From an uncultured bacterium (lineage in GTDB: Bacteria; Chloroflexota; UBA5177; JANWHV01), in NCBI GenBank assembly GCA_963827235.1, contig CAWHAE010000012.1, forward strand, positions 1 to 64,000: a stretch of DNA of 64,000 nt, read 5' to 3'. The notes under the pieces are model-generated. The model saw nothing but the letters and a program-made list of their open reading frames with translations, was not told where the DNA came from and ran no database searches. Numbering within the stretch: position 1 is the first letter of the stretch; the number at the start of each line of letters is the position of its first letter. A program made the position numbers and the translations under genes. This document shows, one piece after another, positions 39,470 through 49,157 of this stretch.

Positions 39470-39845
39470 CGACCAAGGCTCGTAGCCGTGCCTGAACCGC
39501 CTCCTCGAGGATGTCGGGCGGATGCATCAGTCGCCTGGTATCCACCTCCAGGTCGCCGGCCCACCACTGCGGCACCAGCCCGGCCGAGTGTTTGTATGAC
39601 CGGCAGGAGCTGCACCATTCCCACACGCTCCCGGACGCGACCTATCGCTTTCCCTTGATGGTCCCTTCGCGCGGCTCTCGAGGCCAGAGCCACAGGTGGA
39701 GCGCGTAGGCACCGCAGACCGGGCAAGGTTCGGGAATCTGCAGCCAGTCGCATGTCGCCGCAAAGATTTCGTTCCAGCGGTCTTGCATGTCCTTTGGCAC
39801 GCCGTGCCAAGGTACGGGCGCCTCGCCAGATCTCGCGTCGTCCAT
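39470..39845 (-). pseudogene. Zinc-binding hypothetical protein interrupted by in-frame TAG (39642-39644); 3' end approximate
   Basis: CPVCG..LH...GKR*VASGSVWEWCSSC...LVPQWW reads through in one frame. Confidence 0.55.
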
Positions 39846-40009
39846 CGATGCTCCTGTCTGAACGCGTCCTGCAACCCGGGGCGCCGCAATGCAGTCCAGA
39901 ATTGGAGGCTGTCGCTCGTCTGGCGTTGGTGCTGGCGCGGCGATCCAGCCCGCCGTGGGCGATGGCGCGCGTCCTGACGCCGGCGCGCTGCTGGCTGCGA
40001 CACAAGCAG

Positions 40010-40594
40010 TCATCTGATCCAGTACACCACGCGCGCGGCGTCCGTCTCGCCGAGTTGCTCCTTGAGCCTGCCTACAACGCCGGTGAGAAACTCGTTCCCA
40101 GCGACCTGAGCGAACGTCGGATGCCAGGTGACTATCTGCACGGCGGGCATAGGTGCAGCGGTTCGCAGGCTCCGAGCCGGCTCGACATGGCTGGTCTCGT
40201 CCGCGAACAACGCCACATCAGCGGCAGGCACCGCGATTCGCACCTCTGTGCGCGCAGCCCAATCGAACTGGAGCAATTCCCGAAGGCCCAGCCAACTCTG
40301 GCCGTCACCCGGCCGGAATACGTGGGCCCAATCCCTGAGCTCGACTGAGAGATCAGTGGGAAGGCCCCGCTGGGGAAACATCGGCCCGGCAAACCCTGAC
40401 ACTCGACGCTCCGGAATCCCGGATAGCAGCGCCATGAGCACAGGGTTGGATCCCTCATACAGCGATCGTGGTGCGCACTCGGGCTCCCTTGGCTCTGCCG
40501 CCGGATCGTAGTCAATATTCAACTGCAGGTCGCCCGCGTAGCGCCAAACCCCATCGCTGTTGGTTTCAGGATATATATGCAGGAACCTGCTCAT
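40010..40594 (-). CDS. Conserved hypothetical protein (RGLP.D.S / SWL.L.EL..FDW family), possible immunity protein
   Basis: PQRGLPTDLS, SWLGLRELLQFDW, RVVYW motifs; located in the toxin array. Confidence 0.6.
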   Translation of the reverse strand: MSRFLHIYPETNSDGVWRYAGDLQLNIDYDPAAEPREPECAPRSLYEGSNPVLMALLSGIPERRVSGFAGPMFPQRGLPTDLSVELRDWAHVFRPGDGQSWLGLRELLQFDWAARTEVRIAVPAADVALFADETSHVEPARSLRTAAPMPAVQIVTWHPTFAQVAGNEFLTGVVGRLKEQLGETDAARVVYWIR

Positions 40595-40843
40595 CGCCGG
40601 CGACCTCCGCTCGCTGGGAAAGGTATCTGGTCACGCGCGGCGCCACACGGGCGCGCTCAAGTGAGCCATGTTCGTTCGCCCGGTGATACCAGCTCGATCA
40701 AGGCTCACGGCGCCACGGTATCGGCAGTATGGGCGTGGCCACATGCCGAGCGAGTTGGTTGACTGAACACCGGCAGGAATACGCGCCTTCGATTCACCTC
40801 CAGGTCGCCGGAATCAGCTGCATCTCTCACGTCGGCATATCAC

Positions 40844-41285
40844 TCAGGACGACGCTTCGAACGGGAAGGGAACGCAGTAGACGAACCGACCTGATTTGTC
40901 GAACACCAGGCAAATATCGAGCAGACTGGATCCGTCCGCCTGGCTCAACTTCACCACCATGACACTGCACTGTCGACAGCTGTCCTGAATGCCCAGATCG
41001 TCTGCACTGTAACCGCACCCGGCCAGTAAGGCGTAGTGTGTGCATACAACGTAGTCGTCATAGTGGTGCTGACGGGCGAATGCTGCAAGCATGGGCCCGC
41101 GCAATACCTTCACCGTCGTGGACACGTTGGCGCTTTCTGGGAACGTTGCGGCTGATGAACGCGCGGGCCGCATCGCTGTCAGCAGGTGTGCTCCCCAGGA
41201 TGTGGCCGATGAAGAGATCGGCACTCATCAGCAACGCCCACGGCACCGCCACAGCCACGACGATTGCAGCGCGATGCAGGACCAA
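40844..41285 (-). CDS. Hypothetical protein, probably frameshifted
   Basis: Two overlapping ORFs (41058-41285 with hydrophobic N-terminus, and 40844-41224); lower GC. Confidence 0.3.
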
Positions 41286-41578
41286 ACTACGGCCTGAGCC
41301 ATGTCTTGCCGAGTCTTCCGTGAAGCCTCCAAGGTGTTAGCTAGTACGTCAGGCCGCGCCTAACCAGCGGTCTGCCCGCACCCCCTGAGCTCACAGCACA
41401 CGTAACAGCATTAGCACAGCGGACCCAGCGCTGGTCCTTGCTGCTAACCTGGCAAATCGTGCGAGACCTGCTCGCGAGAGCGAAGATACCCGACGTAGCG
41501 CGCCACGGTCACTCCGAGACGCACGCCGACGGGAGCAGCCACAAAGATGCTGACGACCAGAGTCACGCCATCATGGCT

Positions 41579-42560
41579 CTTGCCCCACAGGTAGGCGAAG
41601 CAGTCGTCGGTATTGCCGGTCGTGTCGGTGAGCGCGATCAGGTCGCCGCGGTCGTCCACCTCGTACCAGTACTTGCTGGTCACGCCGCTCTGCGTGCGGA
41701 TCAGCTCCAGCGGCGCGCCGTCGCGCCGGTAGAGGTAGGTATCGGTGGTGCTCTGCGCTGCCGCTGGTGGTCACCTGGGCCAGCTCGCCGCCCCGATACT
41801 GGAAGGTCTCGCTCAGGTTGTTGCCAGCGCCGCTCGCCGTGTAGCTCATGCGCTGGCCCTGGGCGTTGTACGTCATGCTCACGCTCAGGCCGCTGGCCTT
41901 GCTCACCTGGGTCAGGCGGCCCTGGGCATCGTAGCTCAGGCAGGCGCCGTAGCTGGCGGTCGGGCAGTAGTCGGTGCTCGACGAGCTGATGCTGGTGGCG
42001 TGGCCGCTGGCATCGTAGAAGTAGTAGGTCGTTGCACCGCTCGTCGTCGTACTGGCCAGCTGGTTGGCGTTGTTCGCGCTGTAGCTGTAGGTGGTGGTCG
42101 GCCCGCCGTTGCTGGTGCTGCTGGTCGGGTTATCGTCGTGGTTGGCGTAGGCCCAGCTCCCCGTCACGCCCTGTGCCCGTGGCCCCGGTCAGGTGGCCCA
42201 GGGCGTCGTGCGTGATGGTGAGCGAGTTGGTCGTGACGCCGTTCACCGTGCCGGCGAAGCTGTTCGTCCAGCCGGCCTGGTCGTAGCCGTAGGTGTACGT
42301 GTTGTTCAGCGGCGAGCTCACCCCCGCTCGGCCCCACGGCGTCCACATAGGTGGTGCGGCTTGCCCCGTCGTACTGCCCGTGCTGGGCCACGCTGCCCGG
42401 CAGGCCGATCAGGGTGGGCAGGTCGTCGCCGTTGCGGCTAATGCTCGTGCTGTACGTGCCGTCCGAGATGCTCGTGGAGAGCCCCGCCGCGTTCAGGCTG
42501 ACGCTCGCCGTGCTCACGCCCGGTACCCTCGTCGTGTAGGTGCGCAGACGTCCGGCCCGT
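41579..42560 (-). pseudogene. YD/RHS-repeat fragment without start or toxin tip (frameshifts ~42330, ~42170, ~41750)
   Basis: YGYDQAG, HDALGHLT, YDASGH, YDAQGRLT, YNAQGQR, WYEVDDRGDLIALTD; ends at YLWGK. Confidence 0.85.
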
Positions 42561-42594
42561 GATCGCGTTGCGGTCACAGCGTCGGGCTATTGGT

Positions 42595-43041
42595 TCAGAT
42601 ATGGCAGTCCAGGCCGACCGCGACGCACTCCGCGTGTGCCTCGCGCAACTCGTCGACCCTGTCCTCCCAATAAGCGTCGGTATCCACGGGGACGCCAAAG
42701 GCCGCCATCTGGCCCTCCATGTGGGTCTGCCCATCGGGCGTCACGATGGCAAACGGCACCAGGTCGAAGCTGAGGTCGCCGACGACGCGGGCATTGCGTT
42801 GCAGAGCCAGATCGCCTGCAAAGGCGGTGCCCATCGCACCACCCGGCTCCGGCGCATAGCGGGCGAGATTACCATCATAGCGGCCCCCAACCTCCCAGCT
42901 ATCCCAGAGCGTGTCCGCCGACTCGCCCAGCAGAGAAGCGGCATACAGGGCCATCACCCGGTCCACATGCCCGCGCACCGCTTCGGGGCCCTGCAGTGCT
43001 ACAGCCTGGGGTACGAATGCCAGCGCGTAGAAGTGTGACAT
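42595..43041 (-). CDS. Conserved hypothetical protein (MSHF..WD.W.VGGR..A.VTPDG..DCHI family)
   Basis: Characteristic motifs; translationally coupled (TGATG) to the upstream immunity gene. Confidence 0.7.
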   Translation of the reverse strand: MSHFYALAFVPQAVALQGPEAVRGHVDRVMALYAASLLGESADTLWDSWEVGGRYDGNLARYAPEPGGAMGTAFAGDLALQRNARVVGDLSFDLVPFAIVTPDGQTHMEGQMAAFGVPVDTDAYWEDRVDELREAHAECVAVGLDCHI

Positions 43042-43757
43042 CAGTCCCTGCTCCCTGAGACCAGGTCGCGCGGATAATAGACATGCTCCCGAAAGCGCTG
43101 GTCTGGGATGTGGAAGCGCTTGACACAGGCAGCCAGCTCAAGGCACCAGTAGCCGAAGAAACCCCGATCAGGCAGTAGGTGGGTATCGTGCCAGTAGCAG
43201 TGGCGCATGCTGCGGTACCAGCGCTTGAGGAACTCCGCAATGCACTGCTGCTGCTCCTCGCCCTGTGTGTCGCAGGCGCGAAGCAGAAACTCGTAAGGAC
43301 GCTAGTAGAGCAGCGGCGCACCGCGTAGCCGCTCGAACTGGCCGCACGATACGAGCCGGTCCAGGAGCGCGTCCCGACCTGGCTCGGCAGCCAGATCAGC
43401 CGTGCGAGCCATCTGCTCTTGCGGCACCTCCAGCAGGACGGCGAGTGACACCAGCCACAGGTGCCTGACATACAGCTCCAGTCGCCCCAGGGAGTCGCCT
43501 TCGTAGACGGGATCCGGCCGGTGTGCCTGAAATGCATCGAGTAGAGGCGGGAACTGGCACTTGAGCTCGTTCAGGTCGGCGCCGCTCGAGTATGCGGCGA
43601 TCAGCAGGTGAAGGCGTAGACGGAACGCCCAGAAGCGGAGACTCTGCATGACCACCGGCTCCTGATTGCGCGATGCGTTCTCGTACTCGCACAAAGTCTG
43701 GCGATTGAAAGCGAGAAAGTGCTTCCAGTAGTCCATGTCGCGAAACGTGTCGCGCAT
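43041..43757 (-). pseudogene. PoNi-type (DUF1910/DUF1911) immunity protein with in-frame TAG at 43302-43304
   Basis: MRDTFRD.DY, AAYSSG, LWLVSLAVLL, then after the stop and in frame WYRSMRHCYWHDTH..FFGYWCLELAA..YYPRDL. Confidence 0.85.
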
Positions 43758-43919
43758 TTCAGCCAATTGACTACTCCTGTTCCCTTGGTAGATGAAGTCG
43801 GCTTTGGAGCCGGTGCCGTCCGATTCTCGCGCTGCATAAGCCCACTCCATAGACCGGGCAGGCCGAGCATGTCCCGCATATCCATGCATTGCCCGTGTAT
43901 TCTAGCGCACAAGCGAACT

Positions 43920-44972
43920 CTAGTGGCGATCGACGTATGGCAGTGCGGCCATCCTCATCACCGCCGCCTCAAACTCCAGCGCGGCTTCGTCTGGCACCTG
44001 CACTATCCCAGGTTTATACAAGAGCTGCTGGATGGGGACGGTGCCACCGGGCGTTATCTTTGCGAGCACCCCGAGGTAGCCCTCGTTGATAATTTGCTTT
44101 GCCGTCGTCTCACCGACGGACTCCACAAGCCGGTCCTCAAACCAGCCCTGGGTTCCTTGAGCGCCGCGAAGACCTGCGCAGCCATACTTGCACTCCACGA
44201 GCAAGAAGTTGGCCGGCAGGTTCGTGGAGAATTCTGTATCCCCTACCTTCCTGAAGACCAGATCAATACCAGGGGCGTTCGCCGGCGTTCCCGGCATGTG
44301 CCCACCTACCTGCTCGAAGCCGAGGTCGCTGAGTGCATCCCTTGTGGCCGACTCTCCGAACGTGCTCTTTGCAGTGTTGCCTCCGCTCGCAACATCGGTG
44401 CTAGCCGCCTTGACCACAGTCTTGGCGAGCACTGGCAGAGCTGCGAAGCCAGAAAGAGGAGACGCCTGGTTCGTTGACCCGCCGTTGGCGTCTGGGTTGA
44501 CCGCCTGGTACGCCTTTTGCACCTCCTGCGTGAGCTGTGCAGTGCTCGGCACTGGTGGCGGCGGTACTGAGAGTGTGGGCTGCCACAGCCCGAGCGAGAG
44601 CGGTACTGCCGCCGGCGCGTCGATGCTCTGCAGCGCGGCGCTCTCCGCCTGTACCGTCGATGAAACGACCGAGGTCGTCGGCACGGTGCTCTGGGCCATC
44701 GGACACACGCCGTCCACCATGTTGGACCGGCAGGACATCATGCCTGTCTTGTCGTTGTAGTCCACCGGGTCGTCGCCTGCGTACGCGTAGGTGAAGATGC
44801 CCTCCTGCTGGCTGGGGTCCGGCTGCAGGAACCGCTCCAGCACCGGGTCATACGCCCGCGTGGTCATCCAGTACCAGCACAGCTCCTGGTCGTACCAGGC
44901 GCCGGCGAAGCGCAGGCGCTGGGGCACGGATTCGGTGGCGCTGACCTTGCCCCACAGGTCATACGTGTAGAG
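43920..44972 (-). CDS. Orphan RHS tip with PD-(D/E)xK (PoNe-like) nuclease toxin, 5'-truncated
   Basis: YTYDLWG, RFAGAWYD, RAYDPVLERFLQPDP, YAGDDPVDYNDKTG; toxin GIDLVF..LVECKYG...QGW..DRL; PoNi downstream. Confidence 0.85.
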   Translation of the reverse strand, partial: LYTYDLWGKVSATESVPQRLRFAGAWYDQELCWYWMTTRAYDPVLERFLQPDPSQQEGIFTYAYAGDDPVDYNDKTGMMSCRSNMVDGVCPMAQSTVPTTSVVSSTVQAESAALQSIDAPAAVPLSLGLWQPTLSVPPPPVPSTAQLTQEVQKAYQAVNPDANGGSTNQASPLSGFAALPVLAKTVVKAASTDVASGGNTAKSTFGESATRDALSDLGFEQVGGHMPGTPANAPGIDLVFRKVGDTEFSTNLPANFLLVECKYGCAGLRGAQGTQGWFEDRLVESVGETTAKQIINEGYLGVLAKITPGGTVPIQQLLYKPGIVQVPDEAALEFEAAVMRMAALPYVDRH

Positions 44973-45344
44973 GCGTCTTCCCGTTGATACGAGGCAGACG
45001 CGTCGTGTGATGGGGCGCAAACCTGCTGAACTTGGCGACCACGTCGACCGGGCTGCCACCGCATGGGGCACGAGCAGCCGGCACGGCTTGTCCTTTCGCC
45101 GCGTCGCATCCGGCGACGCATGCTCAAATCGTCGTGCAGACCGGATGAGCGCGGGCCCGGCCCCTGCGTGCCGTCTTCGCCTGTCTGCTCGCGATTGCCG
45201 TGCTCGCGGCCTCGATGGTGCCGCGCGATCCCGGCTCTGCCCAGCCGCCCGGATCGTCGTCGCCCGGTGCCGCTGTACCCCGTGCCCGGAGGCTGATAGC
45301 ATTCAGGAGGGCGGCGAGACGGTGCCCGCTCCGGGAGCGCGCTC

Positions 45345-46463
45345 ATGATCAAAGTGATGATCTTCAACGCCAGCTCGGGCAGCCTCAAGTGGTCGCTGCT
45401 GGATGCCGATACGGAAGCCCTCTTTGCCGAGGCCGAGCTTCCTTATTCGGCGGTACCCGGCGACGGCCTGGGCGCCGCCGTGAAGAGCATGCTGGAGTCT
45501 GCCGGCGACCTGGCCGCCGTGGGCTACAGGGTGGTGCACGGCGGCGGCACCTTCCGCGATCCGGTACGCGTCGACGGTGCCGTCGTCGAGCGCATCGCCG
45601 CCTTCAACGAGCTGGCGCCGTTGCACAATCCGGTCACCGTGGCCTGCATGCGTGCCGCGCTGGGGACCTTGCCGGGCGCGCTGCACGTCGCCGCCTTCGA
45701 CAGCGCCTTCCATCGCACCATTCCCGACCGCGCCGCCGTCTATGCCATTCCCCGCGAGTGGACTGAGCGCTGGGGCATACGCCGGTTCGGCTTCCACGGC
45801 CTCAGCGTGGAACACGCCGTGCTCCGGACCGCAGCGCTGCTGCGCGGCAGCCCTCGCCGCCACATCGTGTGCCATCTCGGCGTCGGCTGCTCGGTCACCG
45901 CCGCGCTGGACGGCAAGTCCATCGATACCAGCATGGGCTTCACGCCGCTCGACGGCATCATCATGGCGACGCGATCGGGCACCATCGATCCGGGCACGCT
46001 CCTGTTCCTGGTGCGCCATGGCATCGAGGTCGAGGACTTCTACGACACCCTCGAGCATCGTTCGGGAATGCTCGGCGTCTCGGGCGTCTCCGGCGACGTG
46101 CGCGACGTGATGGACCAGGCGGCGCGCGGCAACGCGCGAGCACGTCTGGCCTACGATATGTTCCTGCACAGCGTGACCCGCCTTACCGGCGGCATGGTGG
46201 CTGCACTGGAGGGCATCGACGCCCTCACGTTCACGGGCGGCGTCGGCGAGCACCAGGCAGTGGTTCGCCGGGACATCGCCGAAGCGCTGGCCTACCTCGG
46301 CGTCGCGCTCGACGAGGAGGCCAATCTGCGCGGCGCCGGAGACCGCGAGATCGGTGATCCCGCCGCCGCGGTCCGCGTGACCGTGGTACGGTCACGCGAG
46401 GATCTCAGCGTGCTGCGCGGCGTCAAGGTGTTCCTCGATCGACAGGGCCCGGCGGCGATCTGA
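45345..46463 (+). CDS. ackA: Acetate/propionate kinase
   Basis: RVVHGG, LAPLHN, FDSAFH, RRFGFHGLS, HLG.GCS, DTSMGFTPLDG, FTGGVGE. Confidence 0.93.
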   Translation: MIKVMIFNASSGSLKWSLLDADTEALFAEAELPYSAVPGDGLGAAVKSMLESAGDLAAVGYRVVHGGGTFRDPVRVDGAVVERIAAFNELAPLHNPVTVACMRAALGTLPGALHVAAFDSAFHRTIPDRAAVYAIPREWTERWGIRRFGFHGLSVEHAVLRTAALLRGSPRRHIVCHLGVGCSVTAALDGKSIDTSMGFTPLDGIIMATRSGTIDPGTLLFLVRHGIEVEDFYDTLEHRSGMLGVSGVSGDVRDVMDQAARGNARARLAYDMFLHSVTRLTGGMVAALEGIDALTFTGGVGEHQAVVRRDIAEALAYLGVALDEEANLRGAGDREIGDPAAAVRVTVVRSREDLSVLRGVKVFLDRQGPAAI

Positions 46464-46536
46464 TCCCGCCGGCCCGTTTCCCGGGAGGGTTCTACCGATC
46501 CGGTCGATCAGGCGGGGAAGTGGAAGGCGGCGGGTC

Positions 46537-46800
46537 TCACGACACGGGCCGCTTGAACCAGTAGACGGGCTGGCTGCGCACGGAGGCGGATTCGGGCGAA
46601 CCGATCTCCGCCGGCCTCGATTCGACGCGCACCTCTATGCCGATCATCTCCCAGCCCTGCCGGCCGAGTCCGGCGATGTACTCGAGCGTGCCCTCGATGC
46701 CCGCGCCGAAAGTCTCCTCGCGCAAGCCTGTCTCGCTCCAGAAGCGCGCTACTTTCGGGCTCCTGAAAGTATCGATGTGGCAGTATTCCCACGTTTGCAT
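46537..46800 (-). CDS. Small DUF4177-like protein
   Basis: WEY...LGRQGWEM...YWFKRP. Confidence 0.65.
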   Translation of the reverse strand: MQTWEYCHIDTFRSPKVARFWSETGLREETFGAGIEGTLEYIAGLGRQGWEMIGIEVRVESRPAEIGSPESASVRSQPVYWFKRPVS

Positions 46801-46974
46801 GACGTCTATCCTCTCTGGCGGGCTCCTCGAGCACGCGACCGGCTGGCGGAGTCTCTTGCCGCAGCACCCATATAGTATAAGTATGGCGACGGTGCCGGCG
46901 TAGCCCCAGGTCCTGACACGGCGCCCATGCCATGCTCAGCGGTGGCAGAAACAGGTGAAGAAAGGACGTCTACG

Positions 46975-47481
46975 TTGGATACCTACGATGCCGTGCGCAC
47001 CATGCTGGCCGTGCGGAAATATCAGGACAAGCCCGTGCCCGAGGAAGTGGTCAAGAAGATCGTCGAAGCGGGTCACCTGTCGGGCAGCTCGATGAACCTG
47101 CAGCCCTGGCGCTTCGTCGTCGTGCAGAACCGGGAGACGTTGCGCCGGCTGGGCGCGCTTGCCCAGAGCGGTCCCTACATTGCTCAGGCACCGCTGGCCG
47201 TGGCGGTGGCCATAGAAAAGACCCGCTTCGCCGTCTCCGACGCCAGCCGCGCGATCCAGTCCATGATGCTCAGCGCGTGGTCCGAGGGCGTGGGCTCCAA
47301 TTGGGTCGGCTTCTCCGGCCTGCAGCAGGTCAACGCGGTGCTCGGCGTGCCGCCCGAGCTGGACATACTGGCTATCGTGCCCTTTGGCTATCCGGCAGAT
47401 GCCGTTGGACGGGGCAAGAAGAAGCGGAAGCCGCTGGCGGAGGTAGCGTTCAAGGAGCAATTCGGCACGCCCTTCGCCTGA
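46975..47481 (+). CDS. Nitroreductase family protein
   Basis: VRKY...S..N.QPWRFVVV, MML.A..EG.GS.W, FGYP. Confidence 0.9.
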   Translation: MDTYDAVRTMLAVRKYQDKPVPEEVVKKIVEAGHLSGSSMNLQPWRFVVVQNRETLRRLGALAQSGPYIAQAPLAVAVAIEKTRFAVSDASRAIQSMMLSAWSEGVGSNWVGFSGLQQVNAVLGVPPELDILAIVPFGYPADAVGRGKKKRKPLAEVAFKEQFGTPFA

Positions 47482-47622
47482 CGGCGCGCCCTATCGCCTG
47501 CCGAGTGAAGGTGATAGATTAAGGTTGCGCTTGTCGGCGCACACCGCCGCCCATGAGCCCGAAGTCACGGGGCACCGGTCGTGCCGCCGTGTCACATCGC
47601 TTCGGCGCGAAAGGAGACATCG

Positions 47623-48336
47623 TTGGACGAGGATCGCTTTGCCGAGGTCGAGTTCATCGACAACCCTGAGCCGCGGTGTCCGGTGGTGCTCCTTCTGGAT
47701 ACCTCCTATTCCATGCGTGGTGAGCGTATTCAGCAGCTCAACGAGGGACTTCGTACCTTCGAAGCGGCAATCAAGCAGGATCGGCTTGCCTCCCTGCGTG
47801 TGGAGGTGGCGCTCGTCACCTTTGGCGGTGAGGTGGCGACGCTGGACGTCCGAGAGGGCGGGACTCGCGACTTGAGCGATGAAGAGGCCGCCCTGAACGG
47901 CTTCGTGGCCGCCGGCGAGTTCCAGGCCCCGCGCCTTCGCGAAAGCGGCAACACGCCAATGGGCGCCGCGATGAGCCACGCTCTGCACCTGCTCCGGCGG
48001 CGAAAAGAAGTCTACAAGCGTAACGGGATCGACTACTACCGGCCGTGGATTCTCCTAGTCACCGACGGCGGCCCCACCGACTACTGGATGTCGGCGGCGC
48101 AGGAGGCGCGGATGGAGGAGCAGCGAAACGGCGTGACCATCTTCCCCATCGGCGTGGCCGAGGCCGACATGGCCACGCTGGGCCAGTTCAGCACCAGGTC
48201 GCCGCTGATGCTCCGCGAGCTGGCCTTCGGCGAGCTATTCCAGTGGCTCTCGAAGAGCCTGCAGGCCGCCTCGGGCTCCAAGCCGGGCGACCAGGTAGCC
48301 TTGGCCCCGGTAGGCTGGGCCAGCGTAGGCACGTAG
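47623..48336 (+). CDS. TerY/YegL-like vWA protein
   Basis: EFIDNPEPRCPVVLLLDTSYSM (MIDAS), GNTPMG, YYRPW..LVTDG.PTD, F.ELF.WLS.S. Confidence 0.92.
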   Translation: MDEDRFAEVEFIDNPEPRCPVVLLLDTSYSMRGERIQQLNEGLRTFEAAIKQDRLASLRVEVALVTFGGEVATLDVREGGTRDLSDEEAALNGFVAAGEFQAPRLRESGNTPMGAAMSHALHLLRRRKEVYKRNGIDYYRPWILLVTDGGPTDYWMSAAQEARMEEQRNGVTIFPIGVAEADMATLGQFSTRSPLMLRELAFGELFQWLSKSLQAASGSKPGDQVALAPVGWASVGT

Positions 48337-48347
48337 CGCCGGCCGGC

Positions 48348-49157
48348 ATGGTGATGACCGACCGTGGCTGGCGTGGTGCCGGCGCATCGCTCGCCGGGGC
48401 GCGGCATGCGGCTCTCAACATGCCATGCCAGGATGTCCATCGCTACGTGCCGCTCGTGGCAGGCGGCGCCCTGATCGCCGTCGCCGATGGCGCCGGCTCG
48501 GCGGAGAATGCGCTGGCCGGTGCCCGGCTTGCCGTGGATCACCTCGTCGCCGTGCTCACCCAGTCCCTCGCGCAAGCGCCCGCGGATGAGGATGCCTGGC
48601 GTTCGCTGCTGAAAGAGGCTTTTGCCGGCGCGCACGAGGCGCTCTCCGCGCAGGCCGCCGCCGCCGAGCGGCCGCTGCACTCCTTCGCCACCACGTTGAC
48701 CTGCGTCGTCCTGCACGAATGCTGGTCCGTGGCCGCCCAGATCGGGGACGGCGTGGTGGTGGTAGAGGAGAGCGACGGCAACCTGGTCACCGCGGTCCAA
48801 CCGCGGCGCGGCGAATATGTCACCGACACCTACTTCTTGACCATGCCCGGGTTCGACCGCTACCTGGACATCTGGATCGCCCGCCAACCGATCAGGGCTG
48901 TGGCGGTGTCCACGGATGGGCTCGTGCGTTTAATCATGCATCTGCCGGCCTATACCCCGGGCGCCGCGTTCTTCTCTCCGTTGCTGGATAGACTGCGCCA
49001 CGCGGACGACGACACCATCCGCGCCCGGCTCGCCGCCCTGCTGGGCCTGGATCGCGTCCGCGCGGGGACGGACGACGACACGACGCTGGTGCTGGCGCTG
49101 CGGGACGCGCCTCCGCGGGATGCGCAGCCGGAAGGGCCGGATGGATCGCCGGTATGA
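48348..49157 (+). CDS. PP2C-like phosphatase (YegK-like)
   Basis: G.RH....PCQD, AVADGAGSA, ATTL, QIGDG, GEY...T.F, STDG, TDDDTTL. Confidence 0.9.
   Translation: MVMTDRGWRGAGASLAGARHAALNMPCQDVHRYVPLVAGGALIAVADGAGSAENALAGARLAVDHLVAVLTQSLAQAPADEDAWRSLLKEAFAGAHEALSAQAAAAERPLHSFATTLTCVVLHECWSVAAQIGDGVVVVEESDGNLVTAVQPRRGEYVTDTYFLTMPGFDRYLDIWIARQPIRAVAVSTDGLVRLIMHLPAYTPGAAFFSPLLDRLRHADDDTIRARLAALLGLDRVRAGTDDDTTLVLALRDAPPRDAQPEGPDGSPV

Noticed and set aside
41330-41440. GCCTAAC.. sequence resembling an integron attC start
   Set aside because: No matching downstream GTTRRRY end or convincing hairpin, and no integrase in the window.
44973-45302. N-terminal 110 aa of ORF 43920-45302
   Set aside because: Arg-rich, non-RHS sequence; a chance open-frame extension ahead of the truncated tip.
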